64,000 nucleotides of DNA, taken from positions 2,168 to 66,167 of the forward strand of contig CAAGPL010000009.1 in NCBI GenBank assembly GCA_900771805.1, read 5' to 3'. The notes under the pieces are model-generated. The model did no database searches. It had not been told where the DNA came from and saw only the letters and a list, made by a program, of their open reading frames with translations. This document shows positions 25,586 through 34,231 of the stretch, one piece after another. The stretch's first letter is position 1; the number at the start of each line of letters is the position of its first letter. Made by a program: the position numbers and the translations under genes. Origin of the DNA: Bacilli bacterium (GTDB taxonomy: Bacteria > Bacillota_I > Bacilli_A > RF39 > UBA660).

Positions 25586-26789
25586 GAAACCAGAAATTTT
25601 AGCACCTGCAGGTGATTTAGAAAGATTAAAATGGGCAATTTTATATGGAGCAGATGCAGTATACTTAGGTGGTACTAATTATAGTTTAAGAGCTAATGCA
25701 AAGAATTTTACTATAGATGAAATAAAAGAAGGTGTTTTGTTTGCACATAGTAAAAATGCTAAAGTATATGTTACGGTTAATATTGTTTTTCATGATAAAG
25801 ATGTAGAAAACTTAGGTAATTATCTAAAAAAATTATATGAAATTGGTGTAGATGCTGTTATATTTAGTGACCCTTTAGTTATTGATGTAAGAAAAAAATA
25901 TGCACCATTATTACCACTTCATTTAAGTACTCAGGCATCTGTTTTAAATAAAGATGCTTGTATGTATTATAAAAAAATGGGAGTAACACGAATTGTTTTA
26001 GCACGTGAATGTAGTAAAAAAGATATAGAAAATATAATTAATGAAACTGGTATTGAAATTGAAACTTTTATTCATGGTGCTATGTGTACTAATTTATCAG
26101 GTAGATGTGTTTTATCAAATTATTTTACTAATCGTGATGCAAATAGAGGTGGTTGTTGTCAAGTATGTAGATTTAATTTTGATTTATTTGATGAAAAAAA
26201 TAAAATGCTATCTACAAATTCAAACTTTTCAATAGCGCCAAAAGACTTATCATTAGTTAAATATATTAAAGATATGATTGATATTGGAATTTCATCTTTT
26301 AAATTAGAAGGAAGGATGAGATCTGTTTATTATGTTTCAACTTTAGTTAGAGTATATAGAAAATTAATTGATTTATATTGTACTAATACGTTAAATGATG
26401 CATATATTAATAAAGCAATAAAAATATTATATAGATGTGCTAATCGAGAAGTTGCAGCGCAATTTTTTAATAAAATGCCTGATTATAATGAACAATACTA
26501 TTCAAATAAAAGACAAGAAGACTCTAATCAAGACTTTTTAGGAGTTGTACTTAAGTATGACGAAATAAACAAAGAATTAATAATAGAACAAAGAAATTAT
26601 TTTAAAAAAGGTGATAAAGTAATGATCTTCGAACCAAATGGTGATGATTATTTTATGAAAATTGACTATGTAAAAGATGAATTTGGTAATCAAATAGATG
26701 TTGCAAGGCATCCTAAAGAAATTATTAGAATAAATTGTGATAAAAAAATAAGTAAATATGCAATTATGTGTGTCAACTTTTTAGATTGA
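25578..26789 (+). CDS. Peptidase U32-family protein (YrrO/TrhP-like)
   Basis: PEILAPAGD...GADAVYLGG, LARE, FIHGAMC..SGRC.LS, and the LEGRMRS U32 signature. Confidence 0.85.
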   Translation: MIKKPEILAPAGDLERLKWAILYGADAVYLGGTNYSLRANAKNFTIDEIKEGVLFAHSKNAKVYVTVNIVFHDKDVENLGNYLKKLYEIGVDAVIFSDPLVIDVRKKYAPLLPLHLSTQASVLNKDACMYYKKMGVTRIVLARECSKKDIENIINETGIEIETFIHGAMCTNLSGRCVLSNYFTNRDANRGGCCQVCRFNFDLFDEKNKMLSTNSNFSIAPKDLSLVKYIKDMIDIGISSFKLEGRMRSVYYVSTLVRVYRKLIDLYCTNTLNDAYINKAIKILYRCANREVAAQFFNKMPDYNEQYYSNKRQEDSNQDFLGVVLKYDEINKELIIEQRNYFKKGDKVMIFEPNGDDYFMKIDYVKDEFGNQIDVARHPKEIIRINCDKKISKYAIMCVNFLD

Positions 26790-26846
26790 CAAAAGTACAA
26801 AAATATAGTATCATTATAGCCAGTTTTGTAAAAAGAGGTGAAACTT

Positions 26847-27320
26847 ATGAAAAAAGATTCAAGGGAAATATATTTAACTAGTGAAGGCTTTTTGAAATTA
26901 GAAGAAGAGTTAGATCATTTAAAGAAGGTAGAACGTCCTGATGTTATTAATGCCTTAAAAGAAGCTAGAGCACAAGGAGATTTATCTGAAAATGCTGAGT
27001 ATTCATCTGCAAGAGAACGTCAAGGAAAATTAGAAGGAAGAATAAAAGAAATTGAATATACTTTAGAAAATGCAATAATAATAGAAAATAATAATGATGG
27101 TAAAATTAAAGTTGGTTCTGTTATAACTATAAAATATGATGATGACGATGATGAAGAAGAATATACTATTGTAGGAACTAATGAAGCAGACCCATTTTCT
27201 AATAAAATTTCTAATGAATCTCCAATTGCAAAGGCTGTAATTGGTAAAAAGCAAGGAGATAAAGTATCTGTTGATTCTCCTAATGGGAGTTTTAATATAG
27301 AAATATTAAAGATAGCATAA
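26847..27320 (+). CDS. greA: Transcription elongation factor GreA
   Basis: LT.EG...LEEELDHLK...RP.V...LKEARAQGDLSENAEY. Confidence 0.9.
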   Translation: MKKDSREIYLTSEGFLKLEEELDHLKKVERPDVINALKEARAQGDLSENAEYSSARERQGKLEGRIKEIEYTLENAIIIENNNDGKIKVGSVITIKYDDDDDEEEYTIVGTNEADPFSNKISNESPIAKAVIGKKQGDKVSVDSPNGSFNIEILKIA

Positions 27321-27420
27321 GTATTGTCTATCTTTTTTGTTTACAATATTTAACTTTAAGACTTGTAAAACAAAGTTAAATAAGATATAATACTAATTGA
27401 TTTAGAAAGGACCTGATAAT

Positions 27421-28692
27421 ATGGAAAATAAAGAAAAAAAAGAAAAGAAAGCAAAAAATGTTCATGAAATTTTAATTGAAATAAATGGTAGCGACTGGCA
27501 AGAAAAATTAGATGAAACTTTTAAAAAAGTTATAAAAAAAGTAAAAATAGATGGTTTTAGACCAGGAAAAGCTCCAAGAAATATATATGAACAAAAATAT
27601 GGAAAACAAGCTTTGGTTATAGAAGCAGTTGATGATAATATGCAAAAAGCATATGAAATGGCTTTAGAAAAGTTTGATAAAGAACCTATCATGCAACCTA
27701 CAGTTGCAATAAAAAAGGCAGATAATGAAGGTGTAATTTATGTATTTACTTTTACTACAAAGCCTGAAGTTAAAATAAAAAAATATACTAATTTAGATGT
27801 TAAAAAAGCTCCTGTTAAAATAACTTCTAAAGATGTAAAAGAAGAAATTGAAAAATTACAAAAAGAATATGCAGATTTACAAGTAAAGGAAGGAAAAGCT
27901 GAAAAAGGTGATACTGTTATAATTGATTTTGAAGGCTTTTTAGATGGTAAAGCATTTGAAGGTGGTAAAAGTGAAAATTATGCTTTAGAATTAGGCAGTG
28001 GTTCATTTATACCTGGATTTGAAGATGCATTAATTGGATCTAAAAAAGATGATAAAAAAGATGTTAATGTAACTTTTCCAGAAGATTATCATGCTGAAGA
28101 ATTAAAAGGTAAACCAGTTACATTTAAAGTATTAGTACATGAAGTTAAAACTAAGGTATATCCTGAATTAAATGAAGACTTTTTCTTAGATTTAGGTTTA
28201 GAGGATGTAAAAACTAAAGAAGATTTAGAAAAAACTATAAAAGAAACTATGACTGAACAAAAAGAGTATGAGGCTGAAAATAAGTATGTTGATGATTTAT
28301 TTGAAGCATTACTTAAAGAAACAACTGTTGATGTACCTCATGAGTTAGTTCACGAAGAATTAGATAGAATGGTAGCACAATACGAAGAAAGATTAAAAAT
28401 GCAAGGTATTACTTTAGATCAATTTTATAAATTTACTAATTCATCAGAAGAGCAAATAAAATCTCAAATGCATGATGAAGCTGAAAAGAGAGTTAAACTT
28501 CGTTTTGCAATAGATGCAATAATTGATTTAGAAAAAATAGTTGCTACAGATGAAGAAGCATTAAAAGATGCAGAAGAAAAAGCTAAGAAGCATGGTATGA
28601 AAAAAGATGAATATATCAATGCTTTTGGTGGTCTTGAAATGCTTAAGTATGATATTAAAGTACAAAAAGTATTAGATATATTAAAGAAGTAA
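27421..28692 (+). CDS. tig: Trigger factor
   Basis: GFRPGKAP motif, FKBP-like middle domain (IDFEGF.DG..FEGG) and a helical C-domain. Confidence 0.9.
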   Translation: MENKEKKEKKAKNVHEILIEINGSDWQEKLDETFKKVIKKVKIDGFRPGKAPRNIYEQKYGKQALVIEAVDDNMQKAYEMALEKFDKEPIMQPTVAIKKADNEGVIYVFTFTTKPEVKIKKYTNLDVKKAPVKITSKDVKEEIEKLQKEYADLQVKEGKAEKGDTVIIDFEGFLDGKAFEGGKSENYALELGSGSFIPGFEDALIGSKKDDKKDVNVTFPEDYHAEELKGKPVTFKVLVHEVKTKVYPELNEDFFLDLGLEDVKTKEDLEKTIKETMTEQKEYEAENKYVDDLFEALLKETTVDVPHELVHEELDRMVAQYEERLKMQGITLDQFYKFTNSSEEQIKSQMHDEAEKRVKLRFAIDAIIDLEKIVATDEEALKDAEEKAKKHGMKKDEYINAFGGLEMLKYDIKVQKVLDILKK

Positions 28693-28702
28693 CTAAATTA
28701 TG

Positions 28703-28732
28703 AAACTAGTTTTATAATAAACTAGTTTTTTT
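28703..28732 (+). terminator. Rho-independent terminator after tig
   Basis: AAACTAGTT-ttataat-AACTAGTTT followed by a T-run. Confidence 0.8.
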
Positions 28733-28789
28733 ATTGTAATGCAATTTAAAATCTTTTGTAAATTAGATAATAAAAAGGTCACAATATTG

Positions 28790-28817
28790 TTGACTTTTAA
28801 TATCTATAGTTTATAAT
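28790..28817 (+). promoter_or_regulatory. Sigma-A promoter of lon
   Basis: TTGACT (28790-95), a 16-nt spacer, then TATAAT (28812-17). Confidence 0.65.
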
Positions 28818-28857
28818 AAAAAGTAAAATTTTTAGTATTAATGAAAGGAAGTAAAAT

Positions 28858-31194
28858 ATGAATTACAACAGTTTACCAATAATATTATTAAGAGGAATAG
28901 TTGTGCTTCCTTATGCAGAACTTAAAATAGATTTAATGGATGAGTTAGATACTAGAATAATTAATTTAGCTAGTGAAAATTATGATGGTTATGTTCTTTT
29001 AATATCTCCTGAAAATTATTTAGAAGAAAAAATAGAAATAAATAAATTACCTAATTTAGGTATAATAGGAAAAATAACTAAAAAAACAAAATTACCTAAT
29101 GGTTGTGTGAGAGTAACTATTGAAGGGGAAAAAAGAACTTGCATTAAAAACTATTTTCAAGATAGTTTATATAATGATGTTTTTTTAGGCAATATCATTC
29201 CTACAACTAGATATGCAATGGATTCTTCTGATGAAAATGCTTTACTAAGAAAATTAAAACAAGAACTTGAAAAGTATATAAATACAGTATCTTATGCTTC
29301 AAATAGTATTTTATCTGTTATAGAAGATATAAAAAGTGTTAGTAAGTTAGCAGATGTTGTGGCTAATTATATGCCAACTTCTTTTGAAAGAAAATATCAG
29401 TTTTTAATTACTGTTAATCCTCATACTAGAGTTATGATGGATTTAGAAGATATTCAAAAAGAGCTAGATGTTTTTGAAATAGAAAAAGAAATTGATATGA
29501 AACTTCAAAAGGAATTAGATGATTCTCAAAAGGAATATATATTAAGAGAAAAATTAAAGTTAATAAAAGAAGAACTAGGAGATATATCTACTAAAGATGA
29601 TGATATAATTGAAATGAAAGAAAAACTATCTTCTTTATCTGCACCAGAAAACGTATTGAAAAAGATAGAAAAAGAAATAAAAAAATATGAAGCAACACCT
29701 TCTATGTCACCTGAAATAGGAATAATAAGAAACTATATAGATATTCTTTTAAATTTACCTTGGGATAAAAAGACAAAAGATTTTGTTGATTTAAAGAAGG
29801 TTAAAAAAACGCTTGATTCTTCACATTATGGACTTTTAGATATAAAAGATAGAATATTAGAGTATCTTGCTGTAAAAAAAAGAAGTGTAAGTCAAAAAGC
29901 TCCAATAATATGTTTAGTAGGTCCACCAGGTGTTGGTAAAACTTCACTTGCAAAATCAATTGCAATAGCAACTAATAGAAAATTTGCTAAAATTTCTGTT
30001 GGTGGTGTAAATGATCCAGCTGAAATAATTGGACATAGAAGAACATATATGGGTGCTAACCCAGGAAGGATTATTAATGCATTAAAAAAATGTGAATCTA
30101 AAAATCCAGTTTTCTTAATTGATGAAGTAGATAAAATGACTCGCGATATAAAAGGGGATCCAGCAAGTAGTTTACTAGAAGTATTAGATCCAGAACAAAA
30201 TAAAACTTTTTATGATAATTATGTTGAAGAACCATTTGATTTATCAAAAGTATTATTTATTTTAACAGCAAACTATATAGATCAAATACCAGAAGAATTA
30301 AAAGATAGGTTAGAAATAATAAATTTATCTAGTTATACTGAATATGAAAAATTATCAATAGCTAAATGTCATCTAATTAAAAAAGCATTAGAAGAATATA
30401 AACTAGATTCTTCTAATATAAAATTTAGTGATGAAGTTATTTTAAATATAATAGAAAAATATACAAAAGAAGCTGGAGTTCGTGAATTAGATAGAGTAAT
30501 AAATAAAATAATAAGAAAATGTGTTAGAAATATGGTTGAAAGTAAAAAGAATAATATAAATGTAGAAATTACAAATGATAATTTAGAATCATATTTAGGT
30601 AAACAAAAGTATTATAATAATGAATTTTTATCTAATGATACTCCTGGAGTTGTAAATGGTCTTGCATACACAGTATATGGCGGAGATATCTTACCAATTG
30701 AAGTTGTTACATATGAATCAAAAGATAAAATTAAATTAACTGGTAATTTAGGTGATGTTATGAAAGAAAGTGCTTTAATAGCTTTAGGACATATTAAAAG
30801 TCATGCTAGTACTTATGGAATTAATTTATCTAAATTGGATAATTTATGTATACATATAAATGCAGTAGAAGGAGCTATAAAAAAGGAAGGTCCATCAGCA
30901 GGTACTGCACTTACAACAGCTATTATAAGTGCTATAAAAAAAGAAGTTGTTCCAAATACATACGCTTTAACTGGAGAAATTACTCTAACAGGTAAAGTTT
31001 TACCTATAGGTGGTTTAAAAGAGAAAATAACAGGAGCATATTTATCAGGAGCTAGATATTTTATAATTCCTTCTAAAAACGAAAGAGATATTGATGAGAT
31101 ACCAGAGGAAGTAAAAGATAAAATTGATATTAAATTAGTTAATAGTTATGAAGAAATTTATAATGAAATATTTATTAAAAAGAAGAAAAATTAA
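28858..31194 (+). CDS. lon: ATP-dependent Lon protease
   Basis: LON N-domain, Walker A GPPGVGKTS, and protease site KKEGPSAGTALTTA with the catalytic Ser. Confidence 0.95.
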   Translation: MNYNSLPIILLRGIVVLPYAELKIDLMDELDTRIINLASENYDGYVLLISPENYLEEKIEINKLPNLGIIGKITKKTKLPNGCVRVTIEGEKRTCIKNYFQDSLYNDVFLGNIIPTTRYAMDSSDENALLRKLKQELEKYINTVSYASNSILSVIEDIKSVSKLADVVANYMPTSFERKYQFLITVNPHTRVMMDLEDIQKELDVFEIEKEIDMKLQKELDDSQKEYILREKLKLIKEELGDISTKDDDIIEMKEKLSSLSAPENVLKKIEKEIKKYEATPSMSPEIGIIRNYIDILLNLPWDKKTKDFVDLKKVKKTLDSSHYGLLDIKDRILEYLAVKKRSVSQKAPIICLVGPPGVGKTSLAKSIAIATNRKFAKISVGGVNDPAEIIGHRRTYMGANPGRIINALKKCESKNPVFLIDEVDKMTRDIKGDPASSLLEVLDPEQNKTFYDNYVEEPFDLSKVLFILTANYIDQIPEELKDRLEIINLSSYTEYEKLSIAKCHLIKKALEEYKLDSSNIKFSDEVILNIIEKYTKEAGVRELDRVINKIIRKCVRNMVESKKNNINVEITNDNLESYLGKQKYYNNEFLSNDTPGVVNGLAYTVYGGDILPIEVVTYESKDKIKLTGNLGDVMKESALIALGHIKSHASTYGINLSKLDNLCIHINAVEGAIKKEGPSAGTALTTAIISAIKKEVVPNTYALTGEITLTGKVLPIGGLKEKITGAYLSGARYFIIPSKNERDIDEIPEEVKDKIDIKLVNSYEEIYNEIFIKKKKN

Positions 31195-31212
31195 CATTTT
31201 TTCTTCTTTTTT
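31178..31212 (+). terminator. Rho-independent terminator after lon
   Basis: AAAGAAGAAAAA-ttaaca-TTTTTCTTCTTT, overlapping the stop codon. Confidence 0.65.
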
Positions 31213-31242
31213 ACATATGTTTTAATGAATGGAGATGAAAAT

Positions 31243-31908
31243 ATGAAACAAACAATACCTTTTGTTAAGGATATAAGTTTTAATTCTAAAATAGCAGAAA
31301 TAACTAGTATTTCATTAGAACATAATTTAAAAATGGAAAATGATGATTCAGTAGTAGGAACATTTGTCGTAAGTGGTAAGTATAAAGTAAATCAAATTAG
31401 TATAAATGAAGAAGAATTTAAAAAAGATATAAATTTTGATATTACACTAGATGATAAATATGATTCATCTAAAGTAATTATAGATATTGATGATTTTTAT
31501 TATGAAATTATAAATGAAGAATATTTAAGAGTTCATATAGATGTTTTAATTGATAATTTAACATATATAAAAAAAGAAGAAAAACCTGCTATACAGGAAG
31601 TAGAAAAAGAAACTTTAACAGAGCTTAAAACAAATGAAAGACTAACGGATATTAAAGAAGAAAAATTAAATATTGTAAAACAAGAAGAACAACAATCAAA
31701 AATAGATATAAAAGATAATATAACAACTAATTTTTTTGATGAAAAAGAACAATATATTACATATAAAATTCATATTATAAGAGAAAATGAAACGATAAAT
31801 TCAATTATAGAAAAATATAACGTTTCTAAAGAAGAATTAGAAAAATATAATAGTTTAGATAACATTGTTTTGGGTACAAAAATAATAATACCAATATCAA
31901 ATGAATAA
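31243..31908 (+). CDS. spoVID: SpoVID-like spore morphogenetic protein with a C-terminal LysM domain
   Basis: N-terminus ISFNSKIAEITSISLEHNLKM...VGTFVVSGKY parallels B. subtilis SpoVID ICFQKGQEVSELLSISLDPDI...IGSLELTGEY. C-terminal LysM (YKIHIIRENETINSIIEKYNVSKEELEKYNSL). Confidence 0.6.
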   Translation: MKQTIPFVKDISFNSKIAEITSISLEHNLKMENDDSVVGTFVVSGKYKVNQISINEEEFKKDINFDITLDDKYDSSKVIIDIDDFYYEIINEEYLRVHIDVLIDNLTYIKKEEKPAIQEVEKETLTELKTNERLTDIKEEKLNIVKQEEQQSKIDIKDNITTNFFDEKEQYITYKIHIIRENETINSIIEKYNVSKEELEKYNSLDNIVLGTKIIIPISNE

Positions 31909-32857
31909 TTTTTTAATAAGAAACGTTATTAAAAAGAAATGTAATAAGGTTAAAAAATATGAAATAAAAAAAGATGCTATAATATATACTGATTATTTTG
32001 ATAAGAAATTTGTTGCAAAAAAAAATAATAGATATAATGACATATTAAATACTTATGATTATCTTAAATCAAGGGGATTTATATATATACCAAGGTTAGT
32101 TTTTGCAAATAAAGATGGTTATATTTATGAATATGAAATAGAAACTAAAATGCCTAAAGAACAAAAAATAAGTGATTTAATTAAGATGGATGCTCTTCTT
32201 CATAATAAGACAGTTTATTATAAAGATATTTCAAAAGATGAAATAAAAGAAATATATGAAAAATTAAATAAAAAAATCGATAATACTTATTTATTTTATG
32301 ATGATTTAATAAATGCTATAGAATCTAAAAAATATGCATCACCAGGAGAATATATGCTTTTAAGAAATTGTTCAGCAATATTTTCTTGTCTTAATTTTTC
32401 AAAGCATAGTCTTAAGATGTGGTATGACATAATAATAAGTAAAAATAAAAAAAGAGAGGTATTTTTACATAATAATTTAGATGTTTCACATATAATAAGA
32501 AATAATGATAATGTGTTAATAAGCTGGGATAATGCAACTGTTAATTTACCAATTTATGATTTTATAAGGTTATATAAAAAAGATTTTGATAAATATGATT
32601 TTAGTGAGCTATATAAAGAATATATTAAAAGATTTCCTTTATTAGACGAAGAAAAAAAGTTAATGTTTACAATAATTTTTATACCTTGGAAAATAACTTT
32701 TACATCTTCTAGTTTTTTAGATACAAAAAATATAGTTAGATTATGTAATTATCTTTTTATAACAGATAAACTATTTATGGAAAATGAGGCAAAAAATACC
32801 AAAGAACAAAATCATAATATCGATAAAAAGCAAAAAAACTTGGAACCTAACGCATAA
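31901..32857 (+). CDS. ysxE: YsxE/CotS-family kinase-like spore coat protein
   Basis: Overlaps the spoVID-like gene as in the Bacillus spoVID-ysxE pair. Phosphotransferase-like HNNLDVSHII and SWDNA motifs. Confidence 0.5.
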   Translation: MNNFLIRNVIKKKCNKVKKYEIKKDAIIYTDYFDKKFVAKKNNRYNDILNTYDYLKSRGFIYIPRLVFANKDGYIYEYEIETKMPKEQKISDLIKMDALLHNKTVYYKDISKDEIKEIYEKLNKKIDNTYLFYDDLINAIESKKYASPGEYMLLRNCSAIFSCLNFSKHSLKMWYDIIISKNKKREVFLHNNLDVSHIIRNNDNVLISWDNATVNLPIYDFIRLYKKDFDKYDFSELYKEYIKRFPLLDEEKKLMFTIIFIPWKITFTSSSFLDTKNIVRLCNYLFITDKLFMENEAKNTKEQNHNIDKKQKNLEPNA

Positions 32858-32959
32858 TATTAATGTTAGTATAGCTTGATAGAAAGTAATAAAACAAAAG
32901 GCTATAACTAGTATTAAATATTTTGTTAAACCTCCATTAAAAAAGTTATTAGTACGCAT
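32771..32959 (-). CDS. Possible 62-aa hydrophobic small membrane protein (uncertain)
   Basis: On the minus strand, TATAAT-like -10, SD AAAGGTGA, then ATG 32959. MRTNNFFNGGLTKYLILVIAFCFITFYQAILTLILCV... The 3' 87 nt overlap the end of the ysxE-like gene. Confidence 0.3.
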   Translation of the reverse strand: MRTNNFFNGGLTKYLILVIAFCFITFYQAILTLILCVRFQVFLLFIDIMILFFGIFCLIFHK

Positions 32960-33077
32960 AAGAATCACCTTTACAGTATTATATGTTATATAAAACTATT
33001 TGCTAGCCATATTTAATTAAATATGGTTTTTTTTATAAAAACATGTTATTATAAGTATAAGATAAGGATGTGTTTAA

Positions 33078-33536
33078 ATGTTAGATAACAAGGGTTTTGC
33101 AGTTACTTCTGTTTTATATACTTTATTAATTGCATTTTTACTTTTTTTAGGTGTATCACTTTCTATGCTTTCAACATCTAATAGTTTAATATCAAATATG
33201 AATAGAGATTTAACAGATAATTTATATGTTAATGCTTATTTAAATATAGATAATAAAAATGATTTAAGTAATAGCTTACAAATAGTTAAAATACGTTATA
33301 ATAAAGGAACTATTTATTGGCCACAAGATTTTTCTTATAAAAAGGATGGGTCAGTTTTAATATATAATAATTGTAATTCTGATGGAATTAAAATATTAAT
33401 TGATGACCAAGTTGATAATGAAGTTTGTGGTGAGAAAAAGATTAATCCTAGTAGCATTAAAACTATGAAGATACTTGATACAAAACAAAATAAAAGTACC
33501 GAGTTAGATTTTAGAATTTTAAAAGAAGAAAACTAA
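33078..33536 (+). CDS. Pilin-like (class III signal-like) protein lacking Glu+5
   Basis: MLDNKG|FAVTSVLYTLLIAFLLFLGV, a short basic leader ending in G, followed by a hydrophobic helix. Confidence 0.45.
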   Translation: MLDNKGFAVTSVLYTLLIAFLLFLGVSLSMLSTSNSLISNMNRDLTDNLYVNAYLNIDNKNDLSNSLQIVKIRYNKGTIYWPQDFSYKKDGSVLIYNNCNSDGIKILIDDQVDNEVCGEKKINPSSIKTMKILDTKQNKSTELDFRILKEEN

Positions 33537-33546
33537 TTAAAATATA

Positions 33547-33575
33547 TTGTTAAATTTTATTTAATTTGTTATACT
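33547..33575 (+). promoter_or_regulatory. Sigma-A promoter of the T-box leader
   Basis: TTGTTA (33547-52), a 17-nt spacer, then TGtTATACT (extended -10, 33567-75). Confidence 0.7.
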
Positions 33576-33581
33576 ATTATT

Positions 33582-33813
33582 ATATTTTTTAAAAGCAATG
33601 AACAAGAGGAGTAGGCTGTTTATTTATTAAAGAGAGCAAGTATTTGGTGTAAGCTTGTATAAATAATTGTCGAAGGTAGCTTGCAAGCTTAATTATAGAA
33701 ACTAAGTAAATAATTACGTATGCTGCGTTAAAGTAATAAGTGTATACTATATAGTATAAATTAAGGTGGTACCACGGTTATAATCGTCCTTTTTAATAAG
33801 GATGATTTTTTTT
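33582..33813 (+). promoter_or_regulatory. T-box leader (tRNA-sensing riboswitch), probable Val specifier GUA
   Basis: Stem I elements GAGGAGUAG (S-turn AGUA), AGAGAG and a GGUG distal loop. Specifier loop GAAG-GUA-G at 33672-33679. T-box sequence AAATTAAGGTGGTACCACGG at 33758-77. Terminator ATCGTCCTT-tttaat-AAGGATGAT plus T7 at 33783-33813. Confidence 0.85.
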
Positions 33814-33832
33814 ATTTAAAGAGGTGATTAAA

Positions 33833-34231
33833 ATGGATTTAAAATTGATAATTATTCCTCCAGATAATGCGTTAAATAATGATATTTATTCATATAAGCT
33901 TGATACTGGAGAATATCATGATATAGTACTATTTAATTATTGTAATAAAAATAAATTAGAATATAATGATATATTAACTTTAGCAAAAAATGAATATGTA
34001 ATTATAAATACTGTTAATAATGATTATATAGTGTTTGCACCTGATAATTTATCAGAAAGACAATTGTTATATATAAAGTATTTATTTGATAGTGTTAAAG
34101 ATATTAATATGAAATTAGCATTTGTAGGTAGTAAATTTAACAATGTTGGTAAAATATCATGTTATGATGACATTTTAAATATATATAATAATCTTAATCA
34201 AAAAGAAGGGAATGATATAAATGTTAGATAA
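33833..34231 (+). CDS. Hypothetical 132-aa protein between the T-box and valS
   Basis: SD AGAGGTGA precedes ATG 33833. Its stop overlaps the valS start by 11 nt. I recognise no motif. Confidence 0.55.
   Translation: MDLKLIIIPPDNALNNDIYSYKLDTGEYHDIVLFNYCNKNKLEYNDILTLAKNEYVIINTVNNDYIVFAPDNLSERQLLYIKYLFDSVKDINMKLAFVGSKFNNVGKISCYDDILNIYNNLNQKEGNDINVR

Noticed and set aside
27347-27380. Inverted repeat ATTTAACTTT-14 nt-AAAGTTAAAT between greA and tig.
   Set aside because: It is purely A/T-rich and weakly stable, and it overlaps a plausible tig promoter (TTGTAA...TATAAT). Nothing distinguishes it from chance or a minor UTR hairpin.
33060-33077. The identical 12-mer ATAAGGATGTGT just upstream of both the pilin-like gene (33078) and the adhesin gene (37263).
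   Set aside because: It includes the SD itself. Exact 12-mers recur by chance many times in a 64-kb AT-rich window, and the flanks do not align further.
33672-33679. Reading the T-box specifier as GGU (Gly) in the glyQS-like register GAA-GGU-A.
   Set aside because: The loop is one nucleotide longer than in glyQS. Taking the triplet directly before the conserved purine that abuts the lower helix gives GUA (Val), which matches the downstream valS. This is kept as a caveat in the finding.
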